Part shown: positions 36,813-47,039 of the stretch, one piece after another
Position numbering within the stretch: position 1 is the first letter of the stretch
Layout of the letters: every line of letters begins with the position of its first letter
Source: an uncultured delta proteobacterium
GTDB taxonomy: Bacteria > Myxococcota_A > Polyangia > Polyangiales > Polyangiaceae
Direction of reading: 5' to 3'
Length of the DNA: 64,000 nt
NCBI GenBank assembly: GCA_963806225.1
Contig: CAWDXG010000001.1
Location: forward strand, 1,408,001-1,472,000
Position numbers and translations under genes: made by a program
The notes under the pieces: generated by a model
The model's database searches: none
The model's input: only the letters and a program-made list of their open reading frames with translations
What the model was told of the DNA's origin: nothing

Positions 36813-37890
36813 GCCGGCTGGGGCCGTCCGGCTGCGCGGCGAGTTGTTTGCGTGTGGAAGGAAGACCGTACCCCTGGAGCCAGCTCTCGGCCGCCGCCTT
36901 GCCTGCCCGTCTCTGGAGCAATGCCGCGAGGAGCCGCGCGGCGGGCGGTCGCGGCGTGACGGGGCTTTGCCCGAGCGATGTCAGAGCGGTGCTGAAGGCG
37001 GCCTGATCGCCGGACAGGTCAGCTGCGACCAGCCTTGCGATCCAGGCGTTGGCATCCTCCGGGTCGGCATGCAGCACCTCGTCCGCGAGCCGCGCGGCTG
37101 TTCCGGGCAGACCCAGGCGTGCCGCGCGAACGGCAAGATCGCCCAGCGCCAGATGGGCTGCCAGCGCGCGCTGGCGCGCCTGGTCGACATCCCCGGACAG
37201 CAGCGCCTCGTCCACGGAGCCCAGCGGTGCGAGGTCCGGGTAGCGGCGCTCGAGAGCCGCTCGCTGATCCGGCGCGCGCAGGATCAGCGCGCGCGCGGCG
37301 CGCAGTTCCTGTTGGCGGTTCCCGGCGTCCTTGGCGGTCTCGAGAAGCGCACGCCATCCGGAAAGCGATGTCGGGTCGCGCGCCACCAGCGCTTCGAGCC
37401 AGCGGAGAGCCGTCTCTTCGTGTCCCTGGCGTCGGAGCAGCTCCGCCATCAGCACGCTGGTCTCCTGGTCGTCGGGGTCGAGCGCGAAGGCCTTCCTCGC
37501 GGCGGTGAGGGCGGTGTCGATGTGCCCGTGCGACAGATCGCATTGGGCCTGCTCGCGCCACAACGGTGCGTAGGAGGCGTCGATCGAGCGGGCGCGTCCG
37601 AATGCGCTTTGCGCGTCCTGTCGTCCGCGGCGGCAGGATAGCGCCCCGAGGCGCGTCCAGATCGCGGCGCTGTCCGGATCCTCGTCGAGCGCCTGCCGGT
37701 AGGCGCGTTCGGCCTCTCCGGGCTGGCCTTTCGCCTCCAGGTACGCTCCCTCGGCGTAGCTGGCATAGGCCTCGGGCGGGATGTAACGCCCCACGTGTTC
37801 GCGGCCGTTCACCACGCGCACCACTGGCGACGGCCCGAACACGCAGCCCGCAAGCAGCAGAGGCACGACTCCGAGCAGAGCAACTCTCAA
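36802..37890 (-). CDS. Tetratricopeptide-repeat lipoprotein
   Basis: TTG start overlaps the hisC stop. Lipobox LAGC. TPR-like 'A..AY.QAL..DP' and 'A.KAFALDP' repeats. Confidence 0.8.
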   Translation of the reverse strand: MRVALLGVVPLLLAGCVFGPSPVVRVVNGREHVGRYIPPEAYASYAEGAYLEAKGQPGEAERAYRQALDEDPDSAAIWTRLGALSCRRGRQDAQSAFGRARSIDASYAPLWREQAQCDLSHGHIDTALTAARKAFALDPDDQETSVLMAELLRRQGHEETALRWLEALVARDPTSLSGWRALLETAKDAGNRQQELRAARALILRAPDQRAALERRYPDLAPLGSVDEALLSGDVDQARQRALAAHLALGDLAVRAARLGLPGTAARLADEVLHADPEDANAWIARLVAADLSGDQAAFSTALTSLGQSPVTPRPPAARLLAALLQRRAGKAAAESWLQGYGLPSTRKQLAAQPDGPSRLNE

Positions 37891-38978
37891 GCGACCTCGC
37901 CGAGCGCCGATAGGAAAGCGTCGTTCTGATCGCGGCGGCCGATGGTCACCCTGAGCTGATGGGCGAGCCGCCCGCCGCGGCGATGGAAGCTCCTCACCAG
38001 GACCCCGCGCTCTGCCAGATCCGCGAACACCTCGCCGGCCGGGCGCTCGGTGCGGAGCCACAGGAAGTTCGCCTCGCTGGGCGTGACATCCACGCGGGGC
38101 ATACGCCCAAGCTCGCTGGCGACCCGCTCGCGCTCGTCGATCACCGTGCGTCTCACGAGCTCGATCTCGCCGCCGAGCTCGGAGAGCACGACGCGCCCGA
38201 GTTGCTGCGACGGCGTGGAGATGTTGTACGGCAGGCGCGCCTTGTCGAGCTCGCGCACGAGCTCCGGGTGCGCCAGAAGCCAGCCGAGACGCAGCGCGGC
38301 GAACCCGATCTTCGACAGCGTCCTCAGTATGGCCACGTTGTCGTGACGCCGGTATAGCTCGAGGTGGTCCCCCCGCGCGTAGTCGACGTAGGCCTCGTCG
38401 ATGACGACGAGCGCGCCGGCGGCAGCTTCGATCACCCGCTCGAGATCCGCACTGCTGGCCGTCGTGCCGGTCGGATTGTTCGGGCTCGCGATGAAGACGA
38501 TGTTGGGCGCCCCAATGTCGATCGCCTGGAGCATCGAGTCGACCGCCAGGTTCCAGGCATCGTCCAGCGGCACCTCCATCACCCGGAGGCCGCGTACCTT
38601 CGCGCTCTGCCGGTACATCACGAAGGTCGGCGTGGTGGTGACGAGCAAGCCCTCCCTGGCGCGCCCGCGCGGGCGCGCCAGGACCGTCAGGAGCAGGGCG
38701 ATTACCTCGTCACTGCCGACGCCGACGAGCACTTCGTCCGCGCTGACTCCCGCGTGCGCGGCGATGGCTTCACGGAGCTCGCGGGCGGTCGCGTCGGGGT
38801 AACGCTCCCACGCCGTGCCGGCGACTTCCTCCGCCAGTCGCGCGCGGGCCTCGGGGCGGAGCAGCGCCGGAGCCTCGTTGGCGTCGAGGCGCACCGCGTA
38901 CCGGCCCTGCTCGGGGGTATAGGCGGCCAGATCCGCCATCTGCGGTACGACCAGATCTTCCAGGGACAGCTCCGGCAT
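37887..38978 (-). CDS. hisC: Histidinol-phosphate aminotransferase
   Basis: Motifs 'RLDANE', 'RYPD', 'GSDE', 'SPNNPTG', 'DEAY', PLP lysine 'RTLSK..A.LRLG' and 'SEANF'. Confidence 0.93.
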   Translation of the reverse strand: MPELSLEDLVVPQMADLAAYTPEQGRYAVRLDANEAPALLRPEARARLAEEVAGTAWERYPDATARELREAIAAHAGVSADEVLVGVGSDEVIALLLTVLARPRGRAREGLLVTTTPTFVMYRQSAKVRGLRVMEVPLDDAWNLAVDSMLQAIDIGAPNIVFIASPNNPTGTTASSADLERVIEAAAGALVVIDEAYVDYARGDHLELYRRHDNVAILRTLSKIGFAALRLGWLLAHPELVRELDKARLPYNISTPSQQLGRVVLSELGGEIELVRRTVIDERERVASELGRMPRVDVTPSEANFLWLRTERPAGEVFADLAERGVLVRSFHRRGGRLAHQLRVTIGRRDQNDAFLSALGEVA

Positions 38979-39193
38979 GGGCCGCGCATTGTAGCCTCCC
39001 GGAGGCGTCGTAGCCGGCCTGGAAGGCCGAAAAAAAACTCCCGACCCACCCATTTCGTCGAGCACCGGGCAGGTCGGGAGCAGGGGTCACGGTCGGTTCA
39101 AGCCTGCGGGGGAATGTTGGGAAACAGGCATCCCGACGGTTTCTGGAGGTCGGTCGGGCTTGCTGCAGACTTTCCCCGACCGTGGCCCCGTTG

Positions 39194-39988
39194 TCAGTAG
39201 CTGTAGGTCAGCTTGTACGCCGTGCAGGCATTGCCGCCTGGTTGATCCACGCGGATGTAGACGTTGGCGGACTGGTTGTTCGTAAGCCCGCTGCACTGGA
39301 CGGTGGCTTCGGCCGTCCCGCCCGTGTTGCAGCAGCCGTCGAGACCGCTGTCGGTCGCGTTCGTACCCTGCGTGCAGCTCCGCGTGGTGTTGCCGGAAGC
39401 GCACTTGACGAATACGCACACCCGCAGGTTCGACTGGTCGACCTTGGCTGTCGCGTCGCCGGAGCACAGGGTTCCCCCGCTGGCGGTGGCCGTGTACCAG
39501 TCGGTGTCGCCGGACATGTCTGCCACGCCGTTGTGCGTCTTCGAGCTGCCGCCGCAGCTCACTGAGCTCAACGAAGTCGCGGCGCCGCGTGTCTCGTTCG
39601 GCTCGTCCTTGTTGTCCGTGCAGGAGCCTCCTGCGCCGCCCGTGCCGGCCGCACCGCCGGAGCCGGCCGCACCGCCGGAGCCGGCCGCGCCGCCGGAGCC
39701 GGCCGCGCCGCCGGAGCCGGCCGCGCCGCCGGAGCCGGCCGCGCCGGCCACACCGCCATCCGCGCCGGCCATGCCGCTGGAGCCGGCCATGCCGCCGTCG
39801 GCGCCGGCCACGCCACCCGCGCCGGCCATGGAGCCACCCGCGCCGGCCATGCCGCCGGAGCCGGCTGCGCCGCCCGGGGAGCTGGTGATCGCGTTGGTGT
39901 CGCTCGAGCCGCAGCCGACGGCCAGCCCGGCCGCCGCTGCCGTCGCCGACAGGAAGATCAAGGAATGGATCCGAAAGCGTCGTGTCAT
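39194..39988 (-). CDS. Lipoprotein with Gly/Ala-rich tether and Cys-containing C-terminal domain
   Basis: Lipobox AVGC and (GGAAGS)n tether. 'DEPNET...DTDWY...VYIRV...YKLTY' resembles a pre-peptidase (PPC-like) beta domain. Confidence 0.75.
   Translation of the reverse strand: MTRRFRIHSLIFLSATAAAAGLAVGCGSSDTNAITSSPGGAAGSGGMAGAGGSMAGAGGVAGADGGMAGSSGMAGADGGVAGAAGSGGAAGSGGAAGSGGAAGSGGAAGSGGAAGTGGAGGSCTDNKDEPNETRGAATSLSSVSCGGSSKTHNGVADMSGDTDWYTATASGGTLCSGDATAKVDQSNLRVCVFVKCASGNTTRSCTQGTNATDSGLDGCCNTGGTAEATVQCSGLTNNQSANVYIRVDQPGGNACTAYKLTYSY
39644..39746. repeat. 18-bp coding tandem repeat (GGAAGS), 5 full units plus a partial unit
   Basis: The unit GCCGGCCGCRCCGCCGGA is repeated head to tail. 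Confidence 0.9.
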
Positions 39989-40034
39989 CAGCAGTACCTC
40001 CGAGAGTCACTCTGGAGGCTCTACAGAACCGACG

Positions 40035-40667
40035 TTAGCGTTCTTTTCCGACACCCCCGTCGGGGTCGACCGAGCGCTCCGGCTCGTCGTTACCCGTGGT
40101 GCGCGCGTCGCCGCCGCCGAGGCAGAAATCCTGGAAGCGCCGGCGCAGGGTGGTGCTCGCACGGAGCTCGGGGACGACCGCTGCCGCCATCGAGATGCCG
40201 GCAAGGAACGCCGCGGCGCTCTGTGCGTCGTCGGGAAGCGTTGCTCCCGAACGCGAAGCGAGGCGCTTGAGCCGTCCGACTAGCTGCTGAGCTTCCTTGC
40301 GGATGTCCTGGAGCTTGTCGTTCGAGAACGCCGCACGCGGATCGACCGACTGGGGAAACAGCAGGCCGAAGGCGGCAGGGCTCGATTGCGCGAAGCGGAC
40401 CGGCACGTCCAGTGCTTCGGCGAGCCCCTCGGCTGCAGCGGTGCGGCCCGATAGATCCGACAGCGCTTGCCCGGCCATCTGCGCCACGAGCGCCTCCAGC
40501 GACTCGAAGTAGCCGTAGACCGTGGCGCGACCGAGCTCGGCGCGCGCGGCGACGCGCTCGACGCTGAAGCCGGCCCAACCCGTTTCGCGTGCGACCTCCC
40601 ACGCCGCATCGAGGATCTCGCCGCGGCGCTTTTCGCGTTCCCGTGCTCGACGTTCGGAAATGCCCAT
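40035..40667 (-). CDS. TetR/AcrR family transcriptional regulator
   Basis: 'MGISERRARE..RRGEILDAA...G....SVERVA.RAELGRATVYGYF' HTH. Confidence 0.92.
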   Translation of the reverse strand: MGISERRAREREKRRGEILDAAWEVARETGWAGFSVERVAARAELGRATVYGYFESLEALVAQMAGQALSDLSGRTAAAEGLAEALDVPVRFAQSSPAAFGLLFPQSVDPRAAFSNDKLQDIRKEAQQLVGRLKRLASRSGATLPDDAQSAAAFLAGISMAAAVVPELRASTTLRRRFQDFCLGGGDARTTGNDEPERSVDPDGGVGKER

Positions 40668-40780
40668 GCGCGCCGAAATCGAACGACACCGCACCCGCCG
40701 AGTCAAGCGAGCGGCCGCGCAGCACGCACCAGCGGCCAGGATCTCGATGATCCGTCCGTCGCAGCGGCGCCCGGATCGGG

Positions 40781-43522
40781 CTACGGACAGCTCGAGCCCG
40801 CCGGCAGGCACAGCGTGTCGCTGCCCGCGCTGCAGCAGACCGGGAAGCCGTTGCCGTCGCCGCATTCCCAGCAGCCCGTTGCGTAGAGGAACCCGATGCA
40901 GCTGCCCGAGATGCAGCTCTCGCCGGGCTTGCAACTGTGTCCGCAGCCGCCGCAGTTGGCGGGATCGGTGGACGTGAGCGGGCAGGCGTGACCGCCCAAC
41001 AGACCCCCGCAGTTGGCACGTCCACTCCCACACGAGCCGACGCACTGGCCTCCGTCGCAATGTCCGCCGAGCAGTCCGCAGCCGTGTCCACATTTGCCGC
41101 AGTTGCCGGGGTCCGAGTCCAGATCGACGCAGCTGCCGCCGCACTTCGTCAGCCCCCGCGCGCAGCTGTCGGTCTGGCAGCTTCCCGAGCTGCAGCGCGC
41201 GCCCTGGCCGCAGCCGGTGCAACCTCCGCAGTGCTGGGGGTCGTGCGACGGGTCGACGCAGACCAAGCCATCTGGCGTGCTGCAGCGCGTGCCTGTCGGC
41301 GCGTCGCAGGCCACGTCGCAACTTCCACTCTGGCAGATCGGCCCTCCCGTGCCGGAGCCCGAGACGGGCTCTGCGCAGACGTTGTCGCAGGCGCCGCAGT
41401 TCGAGCTGTCGCTCGTGGTGTCGGTGCACGCGCCATTGCACTGTTCGTAGCCCTGGTTGCACACGAAGCTGCAGCTGGACTGAGTGCAGGCCGGCGTCGC
41501 ATTCGGCGGCTGGCTGCAGACCGTGTTGCAGCTGCCGCAGTGGGACGGATCGTTCGCCAGATCGACACACTGTCCACTGCAGTTCGTGCTGCCGGTGGGG
41601 CACGACACGACGCACTGCCCGCCGGAGCACGCCTGGTTCTTGCCGCATGTCTTGCCGCAGGCGCCGCAGTCCGCGCTGTCGGACAGCAGATTCACGCAGC
41701 TGCCCTTGCAGTCCGTGTAGCCGGAGTTGCAGGAGACGGCGCAACTGCCGTTTTCGCACGTGGGGGTGCCGTTCGCTGGAGCGGAGCAATCGTGCCCGCA
41801 GCTGCTGCAGTCGCTGATCGCGCTCGACGTGTCCACGCAGGAGCTGCCGCACCGGGTGTAGCCCGGATTGCAGCTGAAGCCGCAGCTGGCACTGTTGCAC
41901 GTCGCCGACGCATTCGAGGGCGCGCTGCAGACCGTGCCGCAGGCTCCGCAGTTGGACGTGTCGGTCTGTGTGTCGACGCAGGAACCGCTGCAGTCCGTGG
42001 TCGGAGCCGAGCAGCTCGTGGTGCACGCCCCTGCCGCGCACACCTGGTTTGCACCGCATGCCGCGCCGCAGGCTCCGCAGTTGTTCTTGTCCGTCTGTGT
42101 GTCGACGCATGCTCCGTTGCAGTACGTGTACCCGGCACTGCACGTGAGCTGGCACTGGCCGACGGAGCAGGTGGCCTTGCCGTTGGGCGGCGGGCTGCAG
42201 GCGTGCCCGCAGGTGCCGCAGTTCTGGGTGTCCGACGATACGTTGCTGCACGCGCCGCTGCACAGCTCGTAGCCCGGGTCACAGGTCGCGCCGCAGGCTC
42301 CGTTCTTGCAGGTGGCCGCGCCGTTCCCAGGCTCCGTGCAGGCGACGCCACACGCGCCGCAGTTGGCCGGATCCGTCGTCGTCTCCACGCACTGGCCATT
42401 GCAGACGCTCTGCCCCGGGTCGCAGCTCGAGCTGCACACGCCCGACGCACACACCTGACCGGTCGCACAGGCGTGGTCGCAGGCGCCGCAGTTTGCTGCA
42501 TCGGAGCTCACGTCCACGCACTGGCTGCCGCACTTGACGTAGCCTGCGCGGCAGGTGAACCCGCACTGCCCGCCCGAACACAGCGCGTTGCCGTGCGCCG
42601 GTGCCGCGCACACCGATCCGCAGGCGCCGCAGTTCTGCGGATCGGTGCTCTCGTCCACGCAGCTTGACCCGCAGTGGGTGAGCCCGGTCGTGCACTTGAC
42701 CGCGCACTGGCCGCCGCTGCACAGCGACTGTCCGCCGGGTGGTGCGGGGCACTGCGTGTCGCAGCTTCCGCAGTGGGCCGGGTCGCTGGAGACGTCGACG
42801 CAGGAGTGGCCGCACGCCGTCAGCGCGGACGGGCACGACGGCGCGCAGCCCGAGGGCGAGCATACCTGGGCGGCGCTGCACACCGTGCCGCACGCGCCGC
42901 AGTTGTCCGGATCGCTTCCGGTGTCCACGCAAGTCCCCGAGCAGTCCGAAAAGCCGCTGCTGCACGACGACGCGCAGCTCCCGCCGTCGCACGACGGCGT
43001 GCTGTTCACGCCCGGTACGCAGACGTTTCCGCAACTGCCGCAATTGGCGACGTCGGTTGACGTGTTCACGCAGGCGTTGCCGCAGCGCGTAGTGCCCGCC
43101 GGGCACTTGAAGTCGCAGCTGCCGTCCGTGCACACGGCGATCGCCCCGCTGGGCACGGCGCAGGTTGCGCCGCAGCCCCCGCAGTGCTCCGGGTCGGTCG
43201 ATGTGTCCACACACTCCCCGTCGCATAAGCTCTGCCCTGCGCTGCACGTACCGGCGTCGCCCGCTTCCGAGGCCTCGCTGTCGGCATCGGCGAACGCGTC
43301 CGGGCCGGAGTCGGCGTTCCCGTCCCGAGCGCCGTCTGCTCCGGCGTCGCCCGCGCTTCCCGGGAAGACGCAGCGCTGCTCGGCGTTGCAGACGAAACCG
43401 GGCGCACACCGGCCCTGCGGATCACAGGGAAGGCCGGACCCGTCGGCAGTGAGGTCGCTGGAACAGCCCAGCGCGGCTGCCGTGAGCAACAGGGCCAGAG
43501 TCGCGACAAGATATCCTCGCAT
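40781..43522 (-). CDS. Cys-rich repeat lipoprotein (MXAN_6577-like / STIG1-like repeats), 913 aa, 17 repeats
   Basis: ATG overlaps the upstream TGA. Lipobox ALGC. 17 copies of C-V-D-x3-D-x2-[NH]-C-G-x-C-x3-C counted by hand. Confidence 0.88.
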   Translation of the reverse strand: MRGYLVATLALLLTAAALGCSSDLTADGSGLPCDPQGRCAPGFVCNAEQRCVFPGSAGDAGADGARDGNADSGPDAFADADSEASEAGDAGTCSAGQSLCDGECVDTSTDPEHCGGCGATCAVPSGAIAVCTDGSCDFKCPAGTTRCGNACVNTSTDVANCGSCGNVCVPGVNSTPSCDGGSCASSCSSGFSDCSGTCVDTGSDPDNCGACGTVCSAAQVCSPSGCAPSCPSALTACGHSCVDVSSDPAHCGSCDTQCPAPPGGQSLCSGGQCAVKCTTGLTHCGSSCVDESTDPQNCGACGSVCAAPAHGNALCSGGQCGFTCRAGYVKCGSQCVDVSSDAANCGACDHACATGQVCASGVCSSSCDPGQSVCNGQCVETTTDPANCGACGVACTEPGNGAATCKNGACGATCDPGYELCSGACSNVSSDTQNCGTCGHACSPPPNGKATCSVGQCQLTCSAGYTYCNGACVDTQTDKNNCGACGAACGANQVCAAGACTTSCSAPTTDCSGSCVDTQTDTSNCGACGTVCSAPSNASATCNSASCGFSCNPGYTRCGSSCVDTSSAISDCSSCGHDCSAPANGTPTCENGSCAVSCNSGYTDCKGSCVNLLSDSADCGACGKTCGKNQACSGGQCVVSCPTGSTNCSGQCVDLANDPSHCGSCNTVCSQPPNATPACTQSSCSFVCNQGYEQCNGACTDTTSDSSNCGACDNVCAEPVSGSGTGGPICQSGSCDVACDAPTGTRCSTPDGLVCVDPSHDPQHCGGCTGCGQGARCSSGSCQTDSCARGLTKCGGSCVDLDSDPGNCGKCGHGCGLLGGHCDGGQCVGSCGSGRANCGGLLGGHACPLTSTDPANCGGCGHSCKPGESCISGSCIGFLYATGCWECGDGNGFPVCCSAGSDTLCLPAGSSCP

Positions 43523-44487
43523 CAGAACCTTCCCCGCGCGGACATGCCGCACCAGCGCGTGGCGCACCCCATGCCAACCTCCGCCGAGCTGCTGCTCGCG
43601 GGAGTCAGATCCAGGTACAGCAGTACGCCGCCCGTGACGGTCAACGCTCCGCCGACGCCGAGCAGCACGCGCGCCGTGGTCTGCCGGCTCTTCATCGAGT
43701 AGTAGTCCGCCTGGTAGGCGATCTGGTCGGGCGCCGAGCGCGCGTCGCGCTCGGCGCTGTGGCGCGCTAGCTCGAAACCGAGCGCCGCCCCGAGACCGGC
43801 GACTCCAGCGCCGAGCGCCGCCCAGGTCCACGGATGGACGCGGGACAGCCCGCTGGAGCCCCGGTCGTGAGCGGGCGCCACTTTCGTACTGCCCCGTCGG
43901 GTTCGTGCCGCCGCTGTCGTCGTCGGCTTCGAATCGGTGGAACGAGGGTCGAGCAGGGCGACGTCGAGATCGATGGCGTGTTGGGGGGGAAGCAGGAAGT
44001 CGCGCGTCGTGTCCGGGTGTCCATCCAGCTTCAGCACGGCGCGGTGCCGCCCCGGCTTCAGCTCGCCGGTCCAGGGTGCCTCGCCGACCCGCTTGCCATC
44101 GACGATCACTGTCGCCCCGAGCGGTCGCGACAGGATCGTCACCTGCTGCACACCCCGCGCGCCCAGACGCCTTTCCAGGCTGGCGATACCGGCCTGGACC
44201 GTTGCGCCGTCCTTGGCGTCCGGTGCCAGGCGCAGGTATTGCCGGAACCACCGCAGTGCCTCCGGGACATTGCCGAGCTTCTCGTAGGCCTGCCCCACGT
44301 TGTAGATGAGCTCCGGGCGCGGATCGAGCTGGTACGCCCGCCTGAACAGCTTGATCGCCCGTTCGTAGTCGGCTGTGTGATACGCCTTGGCCGCCTGTTG
44401 GAACACCACGCGCGCGCGGGCAGTGTCGATCTGGGCGTGTGCTGGCGCGGCGCAGAGCGCCAGTACTACACACAGCCCAATCCCCAT
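43522..44487 (-). CDS. TPR + PEGA domain secreted protein
   Basis: Signal peptide (APAHA), TPR 'AIKLFRRAY...LIYNVGQAYEKLG..EAL.WFRQYL', PEGA 'SRPLGATVIVDG...GEAP...LKPGRH', two Gly-rich hydrophobic helices, C-terminal GRF. Start uncertain. Confidence 0.88.
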   Translation of the reverse strand: MGIGLCVVLALCAAPAHAQIDTARARVVFQQAAKAYHTADYERAIKLFRRAYQLDPRPELIYNVGQAYEKLGNVPEALRWFRQYLRLAPDAKDGATVQAGIASLERRLGARGVQQVTILSRPLGATVIVDGKRVGEAPWTGELKPGRHRAVLKLDGHPDTTRDFLLPPQHAIDLDVALLDPRSTDSKPTTTAAARTRRGSTKVAPAHDRGSSGLSRVHPWTWAALGAGVAGLGAALGFELARHSAERDARSAPDQIAYQADYYSMKSRQTTARVLLGVGGALTVTGGVLLYLDLTPASSSSAEVGMGCATRWCGMSARGRF

Positions 44488-44643
44488 CACCCGCCTGTCG
44501 ACTGGTCGGTCTCCACCGGATCCGGCAGCGCGGGTGCTCGTCGCCGCTGCTTGTTCCAGGATGTGCATGACTGGACCAGGATTGGTCCGCCCGGACACCG
44601 ACGTGAGCGTCCCTTTCCGACAGGGGTGTCGGCGGCGCCGGGG

Positions 44644-46069
44644 CTAGCGGTACGGGTTCTTCTTCGTGATATGCGTTGGCGGCGCGACCGGCCCGCCGGT
44701 GGTCGCCCCCGGTCTGGCGGGCGCGGCGTGGCGTTCGGCGTGCGGCGTCGGTTCCGATGGCGGCGCCTGCCCCGACGGGCTCGCACCGGTCGTGGCACTG
44801 CTCACCGCAGGCGGAGCGCCGGCCACCGCGCTCTCCGGCGCTGCGGGCGGTGCGACACGCTGATCCGCCGCGCGCTCCGCCGTCGTCGTCCGGGTTTCCG
44901 GCTGCGCGCTCGCGCTCTGCGCCGGGGCGCCCCGGGGAGCACGGTGCACCGACCAGGCGATGACGCCGGCACCCGCCACGGCAAGGGCGCCGGCCACCGC
45001 CCAGCCGAGCCTGCGCCGCGGCTCCGCCGCCCGAGGCGCCGCTTCGTCCGCGTCGCTGTGGGCCGCGGTCACCGGCCGGCTCATGAGCGACGCCACGCGC
45101 TCGCGCCGCCGCGCCAGATCCACGCCCATCAGCCCCTCGACGAAATCCGCCACCTCGGCGTGGCTCGCAATCCAACCCGTGTTGCGTCCGATGTCTTCGA
45201 TCGCGTCTGCCATCTGCCGCGCGGTGGGAAAGCGCGCGCGAAGCTTCCGGCGCGCAGGCGCGCGCCACGACCTGTTCGATCTGCGGGGCGATGGCGATGC
45301 CCGCCGACGACAGCGGCGGGATGTGATCTTCCACGATGTGGTGGACGAGCTGTGCCTCGCTCGCCTCGGGCCACAGCTCGCGCGCCGTGAGTGCCAGCCA
45401 CAGCGTCACGCCGAGCGCATAGATGTCGAGCGTCGGGCCGACGGGTGCGCGCCGGAGGTACTCGGGCGGCATGTACAGGAGCTTGCCCACCAGGTAGTTG
45501 CGATCCGTCGACACGGACGCGATCGCGCTCTTGGCGATACCGAAGTCGGCGATGCGCGCCACCCCGTCGCGCCCCACCATCACGTTCTGCAGCGTTACGT
45601 CCCGGTGCAGGATCGAGAGCGGCTTGCCCGACGGAGCGCGCGCGTGGTGGATTGCCGAAAGGCCAGCGAGCGCGTCGAGCGCGATGCGTAGCACCACCGG
45701 CGGCGGGATGCGCTCGCCGCGCAGCGCCGAGCGGTCGATCAGCTCCTCGAGTGTGCCGCCCTCGATGTACTCGAGCACCAGGAAGTAGCCGTCCTCGTCG
45801 CTGCCGACCTGCGTCGTGCCGACCACGTTGGCGTGCTGCACACACGCTGCCAGCGACGCCTCGTCGAGGAAGCGCTGCACCGCATCGGGCAGCTCCAGCA
45901 GGTGCGGATGCAGCCGCTTGATCACGACCAGTCGCTCGAACCCGCCCGCGCCGAGCGCTCGCGCCAGAAGCGCGCTGCCCATGCCGCCGCGCCCGAGCTC
46001 GAGCAGCGTCTCGTAGGCGCCGACGGGCGCCGTCAGCCCGCGAGCGAGCGTATGGAAACGTTTGCCCAT
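44644..46069 (-). CDS. Hanks-type Ser/Thr protein kinase with TM helix and extracytoplasmic tail; apparent +1 frameshift near 45240
   Basis: Motifs GRGGMG, VVIK, HRDVTLQN, DFGIAK and 'GKLLYMPPE'. Frame correction gives 'RFPTARQMADA', a TM 'WAVAGALAVAGAGVIAW' and an end 'KKNPYR'. Confidence 0.9.
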
Positions 46070-47011
46070 CAGAACCGTCCGCCGAGCGCGCCGACGGCGC
46101 CGCGGCGCGTCGGCACAAGGGCGGCGCTGGCCTTCCCGCCGCCCCAATCCACCAGCGAGATCCCCATCCAGGCCGTGATCATGCGCCGGCGAGTACGGCG
46201 CCGCCCAGCAGAAGTCGCTGCGCCGCATCCGCGAGCGCACGTCGTCGCCCTGGACCGGGGAATAGTCGGCGGGCAGATCGCGCTTCTTCGCTAGCGCGTC
46301 GAGGCCCGACCAGGTGGTCGCCGCGGCGAGCCCTACCGTGACCGCGGCGCCGAGGTAGAACACCGGCGGAGACAGCGGGCGGTGCGGGGCGTCGGGCGGC
46401 GTTGCTCGGCGCGACGGCTGCGTCGGTGCCGCCGCCGGTGCCGGCCGTGTCGCGTGCGCCGCGGGCGCTGCCGGATGCAGTACGACGCGATACGTGGCTC
46501 CGGCGTTGAGCGCCAGATTACGGTGGGCGCGCGCGCTCCCGGCGACCGCGTCCACGCTATGCGTGCCCGGCAGCAGGTAGTGGCTGCCCGCGTCGGCCGG
46601 ATCGCCATCCAGCACCAGGTGACACGGCGCCACGTCGCAACCGAGCTGTACGCGCGCCAGGTGCGGCGCCGCCTCGGCCAGCGCCTCGCGCGCTTCGGCG
46701 GCCAGCTTGGGGTTGTCCGGCGCGTGCGCCTCCGCGCGCCGGGCCGTCTGCACCACCAGCAGATGGTCGTTCGCCTTGCGCGCCGCGACGATCGCGTTCT
46801 CCACCGCGTCGGCGCTCGGCACGATCGAGTCCGCCTTCAGGAACGCCCGCGCCGCCGCGCCGTACTCGGCGCGGTCGAAGTGCTTCACGCCCGCGTCGTA
46901 GGCCGCGGCGGCGCGGCTCTTGTCCGCGGCCGACGGCGCCGCGCGCGCGACGCCGGAATACAGTGCAGATGCCGCTGCGAGCGCGATCAGTGCACGCCGC
47001 ATCCGCGTCAT
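46069..47011 (-). CDS. TPR + PEGA-like secreted protein; apparent frameshift(s) at 46180-46210
   Basis: Signal peptide (VARA), TPR helices, 'LLPGTHSV' beta domain and hydrophobic helices. The corrected C-terminus 'VGALGGRF' ends at a TGA overlapping the kinase ATG. Confidence 0.8.
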
Positions 47012-47039
47012 GCGCTACGCTCCCGGCGTGTGCCCCCGG

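Noticed and set aside
39029..39038. A8 homopolymer upstream of hisC as a phase-variation or attenuator signal
   Set aside because: No His-rich leader peptide or alternative hairpins were seen, and a single tract is insufficient evidence.
39644..39746. CRISPR-like or non-coding repeat array (also 23620-23960)
   Set aside because: The units are head to tail, multiples of 3, lack unique spacers and encode low-complexity linkers. No cas genes are present.
40781..47011. 2076-aa giant fusion ORF (TPR, kinase and Cys repeats)
   Set aside because: Artefact. Frameshifts near 46200 and 45240 let the frame read through nonsense sequence overlapping the real PEGA gene. The internal genes have their own coupled starts and signal peptides.
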